From: Candidatus Bathyarchaeia archaeon
GTDB lineage: Archaea; Thermoproteota; Bathyarchaeia; Bathyarchaeales; Bathycorpusculaceae
Length of the DNA stretch: 54,396 bases
Assembly (NCBI GenBank): GCA_049969855.1
Contig: JBMFOB010000008.1
Location: forward strand, 1 to 54,396
Reading direction: 5' to 3'
Below the pieces are notes generated by a model that saw only the letters and a list, made by a program, of their open reading frames with translations, was not told where the DNA came from and did no database searches. The first letter of the stretch is position 1. Every line of letters begins with the position of its first letter. A program made the translations under genes and the position numbers. This document shows positions 1 through 9,172 of the stretch, piece after piece.

Positions 1-615
1 CAACACGTTCAAATGCAAGCCAAGAGAATGAGCTAAAGACAATGTTCTTTCAAAATCAACGCCGTAAGCGATAATGCTAACGTCCACATCGTCCTTAATC
101 TTGCTTAAAGCCCTTATGGCGATGTCCGTCCCCTTCGCACTCCAGTTCGAATCACTTGCAATGAGAACCCTCTTCTTTCCGCCATGTTCCACGATTGGTT
201 TTGGATAAAAAATCTCCGTGTCAACAGGATTTGGCAGGTATTCCGCGTCTTCCCGAAACTGTTTTGCTATGCTGAGAACATCAGGAGTGCTCACCAAAAC
301 CTTATCACAACTGCGTAAGTTATGCCTAACTATTCTACCCCACAAAGGATGTTTTAGGCTTGCCCTCAAGTCGCTGCCATGCGCATGCCCTATTAATGGT
401 TTCTTCCCAAGCCTAGACGCAATATAACAATCTTGCAGTAGATAATGGACATGATACACGTCACCCTTCACCCTCAAAATCTTATAGGCTAAACCAAACG
501 TTTTACTCCAAAAACCCCTAGAACGCTTGATATGCTGTTTTTCAACATTTAATGGCATATACTTAAGCAATGTTTCTCCAACAAAGGCACAATCATTTAT
601 CATAACAAGCTTCAT
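1..615 (-). CDS. GT4-family glycosyltransferase, 3'-truncated by the window edge (not in ORF track)
   Basis: Manual translation from ATG 615 is open to position 1: MKLVMINDCAFVG...YHVHY...HAHGSDL...YLPNPVDTEIF...KGTDIAIRA, typical GT4 motifs; last gene of a glycan operon. Confidence 0.85.
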   Translation of the reverse strand, partial: MKLVMINDCAFVGETLLKYMPLNVEKQHIKRSRGFWSKTFGLAYKILRVKGDVYHVHYLLQDCYIASRLGKKPLIGHAHGSDLRASLKHPLWGRIVRHNLRSCDKVLVSTPDVLSIAKQFREDAEYLPNPVDTEIFYPKPIVEHGGKKRVLIASDSNWSAKGTDIAIRALSKIKDDVDVSIIAYGVDFERTLSLAHSLGLHLNVL

Positions 616-623
616 TTCAGCAC

Positions 624-1496
624 CTATTCCAGCCTCTTTTCAAGCAAGGGCTTCAGCTTTGCAACATCCCGCTCTAGGGCTTCAACCCTCAATCTAACCT
701 TTTCAATCTCCTCCCTTACTTGCTTATCTGCGATTTCTTGCTTACGTTTCTCATTGGACTTCAAAATCAACTTCAAAAACTCGGAATCATAACTTTTCAA
801 CAGCAACTCCGTATTCGGAATCAAACAATGCCCACCAATAACCCCAGGATAATGTAGCGGCTTATTGAAGCGAACTTTGTGGATATCCTCAATCATATCC
901 ACAACTTCATTAAAATCTGCACCAAAATATCTTGAAATGCGATGCATCTCCTGAAAACATGCAATCATCCAAGCTCTATAAACGGTTTCAAAAAGCTTTG
1001 CAAGTTCTGTTTCCATGGGGCTTTTTAGAACTTTGACTTTTAGACCAAGTTTTTCGAAATGTCTTTTTGCAAGCTCCGCTGCTTCTTCCGTTGCTCCTCC
1101 AACATACTTGCCCCAGAACTTAATATCTCTCTTCATGGTCTCTAAAGTCCTATGCATACCCCGCACAGGCGAATGAACAACCAAGGATTTTGACGCTTCA
1201 TAGATTTTTTGCGTGGTGCCCGGTTGTATAGTGCTATTGATTATGGTAATTTTGGGTTTAAACATTCGTATATAATCCAGTGTCGTCTTAACAAATTGCT
1301 CTTGACCTATACAGGGATAACATATGTGCATAACATCAAAAGCGTCAGGCAATTCAGCGTAGCCTACAATCGATTTCATCTTCTCCTTATCTAAATCAAA
1401 ACCATAAACGTCAAATTTACTGCTTTCTTCAAGCAATTCAAAAAGCGCTCTACCAACCTCTCCCAAACCAACAACAATAACCTTCTCTTTTATCAC
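624..1496 (-). CDS. UDP-glucose/GDP-mannose dehydrogenase family protein (short form)
   Basis: GLGEVG Rossmann motif, NSTIQPGTT, ELAKLFET, catalytic IGGHC; likely GTG start at 1496 rather than 1526. Confidence 0.85.
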   Translation of the reverse strand: MIKEKVIVVGLGEVGRALFELLEESSKFDVYGFDLDKEKMKSIVGYAELPDAFDVMHICYPCIGQEQFVKTTLDYIRMFKPKITIINSTIQPGTTQKIYEASKSLVVHSPVRGMHRTLETMKRDIKFWGKYVGGATEEAAELAKRHFEKLGLKVKVLKSPMETELAKLFETVYRAWMIACFQEMHRISRYFGADFNEVVDMIEDIHKVRFNKPLHYPGVIGGHCLIPNTELLLKSYDSEFLKLILKSNEKRKQEIADKQVREEIEKVRLRVEALERDVAKLKPLLEKRLE

Positions 1497-1577
1497 TTCA
1501 ACCCCAACAGAAAATTTAGATATCAAAAGTTACATATAAACCTGAATTTGAACGCAGGTGCGAAAAAGTACACTTTC

Positions 1578-2558
1578 TCATGATAATTTCTCCAAGGTTT
1601 TAGATATTACGTCAACTGGATTTTCAAGTTTATCCAACAGGTCTCTAACATCTTTTTTGTTGCCAAGCAATTTTTTGGCGAGCTCGAAAACCGATGCTAC
1701 CTCAGTTCTGAATATGGGAAAGCCCTTATCCGCCAAATAATCGTTTACGTGTTGCTCTTGGAAAAAGTTGATTATTATCGCGGGAGTCCCCTGTAGCGCT
1801 GCCTCTCGTGTAATTGTTCCGCCAACACCGACGAATAGGTCTGCCTGTGCCACTAAACTTGCGGAGTCAACAAATCCCTTTGGAATTATCAAGCCTTTAA
1901 TGGTTTTCCTATCGTATCTAGGGAGGAAAACGACTTTTCCTAAGCTTGTCAATTTCTTCGCCAAGTTAATGGATGATAACTTGCCCTTGGCGTAAGCGGC
2001 TTTTTCTTCCACTTCTCTTACAACTATAAGCGGGCTTCCAAATTCATACTTCACTTGCGGTTTAAAACCTTTAATCCAGGCAACTTCGTCCACGCCATCA
2101 AAATGAATTATCTTGCCATTAACATTGTAGACTTGCAGCATCTTTTCTGGGATTGCTTTCGAGGCAACTATGTAATCGGAAAGCGGCAACGTAAGCCTAT
2201 TCACAGCCTCAGCATAAGGAGTATCAACGGTCGCTATTATCGGGATTCCTAAACCAAACGCTACCCGAATCTGGTCGACAGAACAGTGGGAAACAACAAC
2301 ATCCGGAACAGCTTTCCCAAAAATTTTGCAAAACAAGAGTTGGCGGCGGACGCCTTCTCTAAGCCTAGAGAGCAAAGATTTAGGATTATACCGTCCAACA
2401 ACAATGAATTTTTCGCCGAGAAAACTGGCGAGAGGCACCGTGTCAGGATGCTTACGCGTAGTTAAAATTACTTCATGTCCAGCCGCTCTGAGTTTTTCCG
2501 CTATGGCAACTCCGTAGCGTACATGCTTTCCCGTGCAAGCGTCATACCATACGAGCAT
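1578..2558 (-). CDS. DUF354-family GT-B fold protein (predicted glycosyltransferase)
   Basis: WYDACTGKHV N-terminal motif, FDGVDEVAW, GGTITREAALQGTPAI. Confidence 0.8.
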   Translation of the reverse strand: MLVWYDACTGKHVRYGVAIAEKLRAAGHEVILTTRKHPDTVPLASFLGEKFIVVGRYNPKSLLSRLREGVRRQLLFCKIFGKAVPDVVVSHCSVDQIRVAFGLGIPIIATVDTPYAEAVNRLTLPLSDYIVASKAIPEKMLQVYNVNGKIIHFDGVDEVAWIKGFKPQVKYEFGSPLIVVREVEEKAAYAKGKLSSINLAKKLTSLGKVVFLPRYDRKTIKGLIIPKGFVDSASLVAQADLFVGVGGTITREAALQGTPAIIINFFQEQHVNDYLADKGFPIFRTEVASVFELAKKLLGNKKDVRDLLDKLENPVDVISKTLEKLS

Positions 2559-3640
2559 TACTTACACCAGCAGTACATTTCTCCAATGATTTTCCCATCT
2601 TTAACGAGTTTTGCCCGCGCGTCTATGTGGCGTATCCAGTAAACATTTTCTGGCAGAATGTTATATTTTGGTATTTCTGGGATGCTTTCTTTAAACGCTA
2701 GCTTAACGTACAAGTATGGAATATTCGCGTAATAGTCTTTGCGAAGAACCTCGCTTGCGTATGAGAAGAAAAACGAAGTTGTAAACATTCTAGCGGCGTT
2801 AATTTCGGTAACGCATGGAACACCATCTCTATTCTCTTTAAGATCCACACATGCAATCCCATTAAAGTTGGAGTCAATCGAAAGCACAGCCTCGGTTGCG
2901 ATTTTGTTTACATTTTCGTCATGTATCGTCCTTTGAACCGCCGGCGTGCCCGTCACTCCGGACGGCGCAAGGTGTGGGTAGATGTATTCTAGTCGTTCTC
3001 TAGCCATTGACGTTACCAATTCTCCATCTTTCCACAAACTGTGAAAAGCCGTGTTTCTGCCAGGCAGATGCTCTTGAGCGATAAAATTCCAGTTCATACC
3101 ACGTGCCTTCCAATAGTTAATCCATGAAAGCGCCGTTTCCTTGTTCGTTGCCAAAGTGCTTCCTCTCCCTCCAGCGCCATGCGTGGCTCTTATCCAAATG
3201 GGGTTTCTAAGCTCTTCAAACGCTTTATCTACGTCCCGTTCATTACGCACCTCCACTGTTTTAGCGACTGGAACCCCCTTCTTCATCCAAATCTTCGCAG
3301 ATTCGAACTTATCTTGACATGCGGCTATTGCCTTTTTTGATGGCAGAAACAAGTTTGCCTCTATTTTTTCACGATTTTCCGAAACAACCGACACCTCAAC
3401 ATCAGTTTGTGCATGTAAAAAGTCAGCTCTTTCTTTGCGGATAATCTCGTTCAATGCATCTATGTAGCCAGTTTCCTCGGCTTTTGGAACTCTGTATTTC
3501 CTGTCCGTTGAAGCCAAATAAATGAAGTGCTCGTTAGCCTCTGTCCCCACAATAAAAATTTTCTCTGGAGCAAGACGAAGTGATAAAACAAAGTTTATGC
3601 CTGCTGGTCCGCCAGCACCCGTGGCAACAATTCGCCTCAT
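2558..3640 (-). CDS. ATP-grasp carboxylate-amine ligase (CarB-like)
   Basis: TGAGGPAG, CQDKF, QEHLPG, CVDLKE...TEINAAR ATP-grasp motifs; TAATG overlap with the next gene. Confidence 0.8.
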   Translation of the reverse strand: MRRIVATGAGGPAGINFVLSLRLAPEKIFIVGTEANEHFIYLASTDRKYRVPKAEETGYIDALNEIIRKERADFLHAQTDVEVSVVSENREKIEANLFLPSKKAIAACQDKFESAKIWMKKGVPVAKTVEVRNERDVDKAFEELRNPIWIRATHGAGGRGSTLATNKETALSWINYWKARGMNWNFIAQEHLPGRNTAFHSLWKDGELVTSMARERLEYIYPHLAPSGVTGTPAVQRTIHDENVNKIATEAVLSIDSNFNGIACVDLKENRDGVPCVTEINAARMFTTSFFFSYASEVLRKDYYANIPYLYVKLAFKESIPEIPKYNILPENVYWIRHIDARAKLVKDGKIIGEMYCWCK

Positions 3641-3710
3641 ACCGCATCACCATTAAACGCTTAGTGCATTAGTAGAACCACTAACTGCTTTTAATATTTG
3701 TTTGTACACG

Positions 3711-3723
3711 TCAAAATTTATTA
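3711..3723 (+). promoter_or_regulatory. Putative BRE/TATA promoter of the tRNA gene
   Basis: tcaaaaTTTATTA about 27 nt upstream of the tRNA 5' end. Confidence 0.5.
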
Positions 3724-3750
3724 GTGCAGTTTTAATTAACTCACCGAAGA

Positions 3751-3849
3751 GGGCCGGTCGTCTAGCTTGGTTAGGACATTTGCCTTCAAAGCAAGCCTGA
3801 AGCAGCCCTTACGAGGCTGAGGTCGCCGGTTCAACTCCGGCCCGGCCCA
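3751..3849 (+). tRNA. tRNA-Val(TAC) with a 24-nt non-canonical intron at 25/26
   Basis: Acceptor GGGCCGG/CCGGCCC+A; D-arm GTCT-AGCTTGGTTA-GGAC; anticodon arm CAGCC-CT-TAC-GA-GGCTG (TAC 3810-3812); T-arm GCCGG-TTCAACT-CCGGC; CCA not encoded. Confidence 0.95.
3778..3801 (+). other. BHB-type tRNA intron
   Basis: Central helix TAGG/CCTG with 3-nt bulges AC^A and AA^G; internal stem TTGC/GCAA. Confidence 0.85.
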
Positions 3850-3859
3850 CTTGCTATTG

Positions 3860-3876
3860 TTTCTTTTTTCCTTTTT
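3860..3876 (+). terminator. Oligo-T archaeal terminator after the tRNA
   Basis: tttcttttttccttttt just downstream of the tRNA. Confidence 0.55.
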
Positions 3877-3917
3877 CGGTGTAATTCTTTATAAATTGGA
3901 ATGGAACATTCTCCATC

Positions 3918-4826
3918 ATGGAAACCGGAGCCGTAAGCCGCTTTAACGCCTTTCTAATGTTTGTTTTGATTCTTTTTTGGGGAAGTTCGTTTGTTGTTGT
4001 TAGAATGGTTTTGATGGAAGGGTTAACTCCAATTGCTATTGCCACTTTTCGTTTTCTTGTTGCTGGTGGGCTTTTTCTTGTTGCAATTTTGCTTGAAAGA
4101 AAAAGGGTGAAAGATTATGGGCTTTTTGTTGAGAAGAAAGATTTTCCGAGGCTGATTCTTTTGGCTTTCACTGGTGTGACTTTTTTCTTTACGGCTCAGT
4201 ATACTGGCATAAAAATGGCTGGGGCATCCATTGCAGCAATCTTTGTGTGTCTACTTGCGCCAATTTTTATAACCATCCTTTCCGCCAAACTCTTTAAGGA
4301 ACGTTTGGTGAAAAGGCAAGTTTTTGGTGTTGGAATGGCTGCCGTGGGCACTTTTATTGTTATTATGGGTGGAAGCGTAAGTCTTCAAACTAATCAGCAA
4401 TTCTTTCTAGGAAGCCTAATTTTGCTTTCTACACCTATTCTTTGGGCTACTTACAGTCTTCTTGGAAAAAGTATGATGGAAAAGTACAGTCCTTTTATTG
4501 TTGTGGCTTATGTTAACATGCTTGGAGGCTTATTCCTCATTCCTATCTCTTTGGCTGAGGGTTCTTTTAGTCAAATTTTTACCATGAGTGTTCATGGATG
4601 GATGGCAATCATGTTTTTGGCGGTTACTTGTTCATTTTTTGGCTATTACATTTGGTTTTATGTAATAAAAAAGGTTGGAGCCGCTGTTACTAGTTCTTTC
4701 ATGTTTGCTGAGCCATTAATTACAGCTTTATTTGCAATTGCTTTTGTTGGAGAAGAGTTAAGTCCTTTTGTTATTGTGGGAGGCTGTCTAATTTTCATAG
4801 GGGTATACTTGGTTACCAAGAAGTAA
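3918..4826 (+). CDS. DMT/EamA-family transporter
   Basis: About 10 hydrophobic segments, FWGSSF and two EamA repeats, EPLITALFA...GE. Confidence 0.9.
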   Translation: METGAVSRFNAFLMFVLILFWGSSFVVVRMVLMEGLTPIAIATFRFLVAGGLFLVAILLERKRVKDYGLFVEKKDFPRLILLAFTGVTFFFTAQYTGIKMAGASIAAIFVCLLAPIFITILSAKLFKERLVKRQVFGVGMAAVGTFIVIMGGSVSLQTNQQFFLGSLILLSTPILWATYSLLGKSMMEKYSPFIVVAYVNMLGGLFLIPISLAEGSFSQIFTMSVHGWMAIMFLAVTCSFFGYYIWFYVIKKVGAAVTSSFMFAEPLITALFAIAFVGEELSPFVIVGGCLIFIGVYLVTKK

Positions 4827-5598
4827 GTGCTGTTGAGTAATCCATAAATTCCATGATATTTTTTGGACTGAAAACAGAAAAAGTGGAGTTGCGTAGAATT
4901 TTACCGATTTTTGGAATAAGCCCAATGGCGTCAGTTCCAAGTTTGCACGCAACCGCATTCTCAAATAACCCTAAAGGCTCGATGTTCAATGCGTCGCGGC
5001 TAATCCTCGCCTTTTTTAAAGCTAACCTTATCTCTAAAAGAGAAGAACCCAAAATTATTAGTCTGTCTAAAAATGATTTTGTCCAGTTTTTGTAACGATA
5101 AATTTGGCTTTCTGAAAGCATGGCTTCTATGTGCTTTTTCTCTTTGTTTATATCTAAAACTTTGATTGTTAATGGTAGATTTTCGCAGAAACCATAAAGT
5201 TCAACGAGCTTTTTTAGGGCGATTTTCCTTCCGTCAACAAGTTGTGCTTGTAAATGTTGTATTGGAATTGTGGCGTCGATAATGTTAGGTGAGACTATTC
5301 CTACATCTACATAAAGTTCGGTTTTGCTTTTGTTTAAGAGTATTATGCGTCCTTTAACTTCCGAGTATTTTTTTAAGTGTTCAAAATGTGTTGGGCAGAT
5401 TCCTATTTCCTTATCTAAATAATTGAGTGCTACGTTTTCGTCTTCTCCGGAAACATCTACTTGAACCATTCCGCGGGGAGTAATTTCACAAATTTTTGTC
5501 TCAACCTTTAACCCTTTTAAGATGGATTTTAAGGATTTGTCAATGAATTTTAGTTGATTTTCGTGGTAGATTTTTGTAAGAAGGGTTACGGTAGGCAT
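4813..5598 (-). CDS. DUF2110-family protein
   Basis: VDVSGEDENVALNYL...LYVDVG pattern; conserved position after tfe and the HD-domain gene. Confidence 0.7.
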   Translation of the reverse strand: MPTVTLLTKIYHENQLKFIDKSLKSILKGLKVETKICEITPRGMVQVDVSGEDENVALNYLDKEIGICPTHFEHLKKYSEVKGRIILLNKSKTELYVDVGIVSPNIIDATIPIQHLQAQLVDGRKIALKKLVELYGFCENLPLTIKVLDINKEKKHIEAMLSESQIYRYKNWTKSFLDRLIILGSSLLEIRLALKKARISRDALNIEPLGLFENAVACKLGTDAIGLIPKIGKILRNSTFSVFSPKNIMEFMDYSTALTSW

Positions 5599-6125
5599 TT
5601 GCAGTCGCCAATTAAAGCAAGCATTTCTTTATGCATTTTTTGTATTCTTGCAATGGCTGATGGCGGCAACTCTTTGGAAAGGTTTTCAATGGTTCTTTCT
5701 ATAGGCACTCGTCTTGAACCTTCAACTAGCTTGTCTGCGTAGGAAACAATTTTCTCCTCCATGGATATTGGAACGTAAACGTCTTTAGGCCATCCTAGTT
5801 TCTTTGCTTCTCTTGCTGTTATTCCGCCCCCAACATGCCTTTTTATTATTGAGACAACTTGTTTAGGTAAACCTAATGATTCTGCGATTTCTGCTCCTAT
5901 AATTGCGTGGTGGACGCTGTGGGTTTTTGAGCGTCCTATGTCATGTAGGAGAGCGCCTACTTCCACAAGTTCCAAGTTAACATCTAATCCTTTTTCTTTG
6001 CATGCTTTTGCTATTTCCAGAGCAAGATCAGCTACAGTTTCACAATGTCTTATAACATTTGCAGAGCATCCACTTTTATGGAGAAAGTATAATGCCTCTT
6101 CTCTTGATGGAAGCCTTTCACTCAC
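5586..6125 (-). CDS. HD/HDIG-domain metal-dependent phosphohydrolase
   Basis: RHC...LLHDIGR...HAIIG...RHVGGG...EEKIVSYADK. Confidence 0.9.
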   Translation of the reverse strand: MSERLPSREEALYFLHKSGCSANVIRHCETVADLALEIAKACKEKGLDVNLELVEVGALLHDIGRSKTHSVHHAIIGAEIAESLGLPKQVVSIIKRHVGGGITAREAKKLGWPKDVYVPISMEEKIVSYADKLVEGSRRVPIERTIENLSKELPPSAIARIQKMHKEMLALIGDCKCLP

Positions 6126-6648
6126 CCAGTTCCTTCCTTAATTGTTCAATTTTCTTTGACAGTACCTCAACAATTTTGGCATTGTCATAATGGACTAGGG
6201 GTTTTCCGCATGTTGGGCATCGGAATACAAGTTCCACTGCTTCTTCGAATGGGATTCGCTTGCATCCCGGCGTGTAGCAATAATAAAAGTCATGGTTTTT
6301 CTCGTATTCAAGTCTGATGTTGAGTTTTTCCATTACTCGCCTTTTTTGGCTTAATATGAAGCCTTCAAGTTGGTCTGGTTGGAGTTTCCAGTGGAATATG
6401 AACCATCCGGTTTTTGGGTCTCGGGTTCTTCTGAGGCTTACGAGGGAATGGTCGTAAAGTTTGTATAGGATTTTTCTGACAGAATTCAGTCTTATGCCTG
6501 TTTTGTTGGCTATTTCGTCGTCTGTTATTTCATCTGAGTTTTTCAGAATTTCAATTAATTTAACTGCATCTTCTTCGCCTAAGGCTTCAGCGACTTTCAT
6601 CAAAGTTGCATCATCTATCGTTGACAACGTAATGACCCTTTTGCTCAA
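6118..6648 (-). CDS. tfe: Transcription factor E (TFE alpha)
   Basis: wHTH TDDEIA...VRKILYKL, GWFIFHW, Zn ribbon C..C...FRCPTCG. Confidence 0.95.
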   Translation of the reverse strand: MSKRVITLSTIDDATLMKVAEALGEEDAVKLIEILKNSDEITDDEIANKTGIRLNSVRKILYKLYDHSLVSLRRTRDPKTGWFIFHWKLQPDQLEGFILSQKRRVMEKLNIRLEYEKNHDFYYCYTPGCKRIPFEEAVELVFRCPTCGKPLVHYDNAKIVEVLSKKIEQLRKELGE

Positions 6649-6726
6649 CTGTTGAACACTGCACCTCTTTTAAAATATATATTAGTAAACTTTCATTTAA
6701 ATCTCTTTACGAAATCTGAATCAGAA

Positions 6727-7281
6727 CTAACATTTTTTAACTATTTTCTTCCCCCTCTTCTGAGGGATTATCCTAACCTTAGCATTCTCAAATTTCCTTT
6801 TCAGCTCCTCCCCCTCAAATAGACGGTCTAGAAAAACGGCTAGGCTTGCGCATTCTGAGTGGGGTTGGTTTCCGATTGCAACATTAAAGTCTGAAAATTC
6901 TTCTGAGAAGAATTCGCTTGGAACCTTTTGACTGCCCACGATGACTAATATATCTTTTCCAGACGCTTTAATCCGCGTTAACACATCGGTTGTTTGGATG
7001 TTTTCTCCATAAGCCGTTAGGTGCACAACTATTCCGCCTTTTGTTTTCCATTCTTTCACAACATTTTTCCAAGGCTTTCCCATTTCAAAAAAGAAGGGTC
7101 CTCCCCAATTTTTTGTGACTTTTTCAATTGTTTCTCTTATTTTTTCATCTTCTATGTCTGATAATATGACGCCTGAAGCTCCAAGTGCTCTTGCCGTTAA
7201 AGCAACATGAGTTGTAAGTCTGGCATCCCTGAGTGGTCGGTGACCCCACCTTAACACTACAATTTTAGGCATACTTTTCAC
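6727..7281 (-). CDS. trm56: tRNA (cytidine(56)-2'-O)-methyltransferase
   Basis: [36 protein letters not shown]; start GTG 7281 (GTGA overlap) or ATG 7272. Confidence 0.95.
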   Translation of the reverse strand: MKSMPKIVVLRWGHRPLRDARLTTHVALTARALGASGVILSDIEDEKIRETIEKVTKNWGGPFFFEMGKPWKNVVKEWKTKGGIVVHLTAYGENIQTTDVLTRIKASGKDILVIVGSQKVPSEFFSEEFSDFNVAIGNQPHSECASLAVFLDRLFEGEELKRKFENAKVRIIPQKRGKKIVKKC

Positions 7282-8558
7282 TTTGCCCGTTTTGTTGAGA
7301 TGCTTTTTTCGAATTTTCCGTCAAATTCTTCCACGCGTTTTCTGACTTTTTCTGCGAACCATGGAATTGCTTCAAAAACCACATGTGCGTTGTTGTCGGC
7401 GTATTTTATTGTTTGCACATCTGCCCTTTTGAAGAGCCATGATATGAATGGCATGGTCTCGTTTGTTAATGGGATGGTGAATGAGGCTTGAACATAGTTT
7501 TTTAGCATTTTTAGCATATTCTGCTTTAGCAAGTCAATATTAGTCTTGTAAAGGGCTGATATTGGCACGGGGTTCGGCGTTTTTTCCTTTAAGTTTTCAA
7601 GTTTCTGGGCGGTTTCCTTTTCTGTTAGTAAGTCAATTTTGTTTAGTGCTGTTATTATTGGGATGCCAGCAGCGCCTATGCGTTCTATGGTTTCTAGGCA
7701 AACGTTTAGTTTCTTTTCAATAATAGTTAATGGCTCGCTTACATCCACAACTAAAAGTATAAGGTCTGAGTAGATTGTTTCTTCGAGGGTTGAATGGAAA
7801 GCCTCTATCAATGTTAATGGTAAACGGTCTATAAAGCCCACAGTGTCTGTTAAAAGAAATTTCTTTTTTGAAATTTCCACAAGCCTTGTTGTGGTAGACA
7901 GTGTCGTGAATAGGGATGTATCCACTGGAACCTCTTCTTCTGTTAAGGCGTTAAACAGTGAGCTTTTTCCAGCATTTGTGTATCCAGCTAAGGAAATTGA
8001 TGAGAAGCCAAGTTCTTCCCTTCTTTCGCGGTGCAGCTGCCTTTTTCCACGAATCTTCCTTAACTTCTTGCGAACCGTGTGCACCTGTTTCTTCACTGCC
8101 TCATAGTAAACGTCCACTTCATAGGCTCCAAGACCCATGAATCCTGGCTGTTCACCCATCTTGGCAAGCCTTACCCTTTCCTTTGCATGTGCCAACTCAT
8201 ATCCTAATCTTGCGAGTTGGATTTGTAGTTTGGCTTCTGTTGTGGTGGCTCTTCTGGTGAATATTTCGAGGATTAGTTGAAAGCGGTCGATTGCTTCTAC
8301 GCCTGTGGCTTTTGCAATGTTGTAAGCTTGGACTGATTTTAGGGGATTGTCAAAAATTATTTTTTGGGCGCCTGTTTCTTTCACCAGTTTGGCAAGTTCT
8401 TCCACTTTTCCGGTGCCTATCTGATAGCGGGCGTCTGGTTCTCGAACTTGTTCTATTTTACCTACAACAGTGTATCCTGCTGATTCAGCCAAGCTCCTAA
8501 GTTCTTCTAAGCTTGAGCTTTCAAATTGCTGCCGTCGCTGAACTATGATTGCTTTCGT
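7278..8558 (-). CDS. hflX: Ribosome-splitting GTPase HflX; conserved N-terminus extends 22 codons beyond the TTG at 8492 with no canonical start
   Basis: [17 protein letters not shown] motifs; upstream in frame (T)[28 protein letters not shown]; the 5' boundary at ACG 8558 is inferred. Confidence 0.9.
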   Translation of the reverse strand, partial: TKAIIVQRRQQFESSSLEELRSLAESAGYTVVGKIEQVREPDARYQIGTGKVEELAKLVKETGAQKIIFDNPLKSVQAYNIAKATGVEAIDRFQLILEIFTRRATTTEAKLQIQLARLGYELAHAKERVRLAKMGEQPGFMGLGAYEVDVYYEAVKKQVHTVRKKLRKIRGKRQLHRERREELGFSSISLAGYTNAGKSSLFNALTEEEVPVDTSLFTTLSTTTRLVEISKKKFLLTDTVGFIDRLPLTLIEAFHSTLEETIYSDLILLVVDVSEPLTIIEKKLNVCLETIERIGAAGIPIITALNKIDLLTEKETAQKLENLKEKTPNPVPISALYKTNIDLLKQNMLKMLKNYVQASFTIPLTNETMPFISWLFKRADVQTIKYADNNAHVVFEAIPWFAEKVRKRVEEFDGKFEKSISTKRAK

Positions 8559-9088
8559 TTGGGCGGCTCCTCCGTCTCTTTTTCCTTCTTGTCCAGTTGG
8601 ATTATGTCTCCTAATGTTAGTTCACGGCTCGTTGGTTGTGGGATTTTTGTTGGAGCATTTTTCTCTTCTGATGCGGGAACAAGCAATTTAACCTTCAATA
8701 CATGTTCAAGTTTTGTTGCAAGCCTATTGTCGGGCGTCATTTTTCCAGTTTCTATTTTTTTGAGGAGCGAAACTTTTTCGTTTATTTTTTTGCCCAATTC
8801 TTCATGGGAAAGCCCAAGCTTTTCTCGTGCTTGCCTTATTTGTACATGAAAATTTTCCACAAGCTCAAAACCTGTTTCAACAGTTGTTTCCGGCACTTTT
8901 TTGCTTTTTATTTGTGCTGGATGCGCAGTTGCTTTGGTTTTTAATACTGCGCTTTTGGGTTTTGGTTCTTCTTCCCAAACTATTTTTCCATGTTTTGAAC
9001 ATTGGCTGCACACTGTAAGTTTTGCTCCTTCAATTATCACTTTGTATGGTTTGCCGTGAATTTTTGCACCGCAGACTTCGCATCGCAA
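8543..9088 (-). CDS. mbf1: Archaeal multiprotein bridging factor aMBF1
   Basis: CEVCG...VCSQC Zn ribbon, HTH IRQAREKLGLSHEELG, C-terminal LTLGD; TTG 9088 follows an AGGTG RBS. Confidence 0.95.
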   Translation of the reverse strand: MRCEVCGAKIHGKPYKVIIEGAKLTVCSQCSKHGKIVWEEEPKPKSAVLKTKATAHPAQIKSKKVPETTVETGFELVENFHVQIRQAREKLGLSHEELGKKINEKVSLLKKIETGKMTPDNRLATKLEHVLKVKLLVPASEEKNAPTKIPQPTSRELTLGDIIQLDKKEKETEEPPKRKQS

Positions 9089-9172
9089 TTGTCGATACAC
9101 CTAAACTGTTTTTATTAGTTTGGTTGTGTTTATAGTTGTCGAATTAAAATAGCTAGTTAATGGTGCAAAATC

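Noticed and set aside
3751-4826. tRNA as an integration site for a mobile element
   Set aside because: No integrase, transposase or duplicated tRNA 3' end was seen; the flanks are housekeeping genes
8490-8492. TTG at 8492 as the hflX start
   Set aside because: It falls inside the conserved EL..LAESAGY helix, and the nearby AGGAG is only 1 nt away
8578-8589. AAG-AAG-GAA-AAA-G as an alternative slippery site in mbf1
   Set aside because: It is not an X-XXY-YYZ heptamer in the mbf1 frame; weaker than A-CGA-AAG, though not excluded
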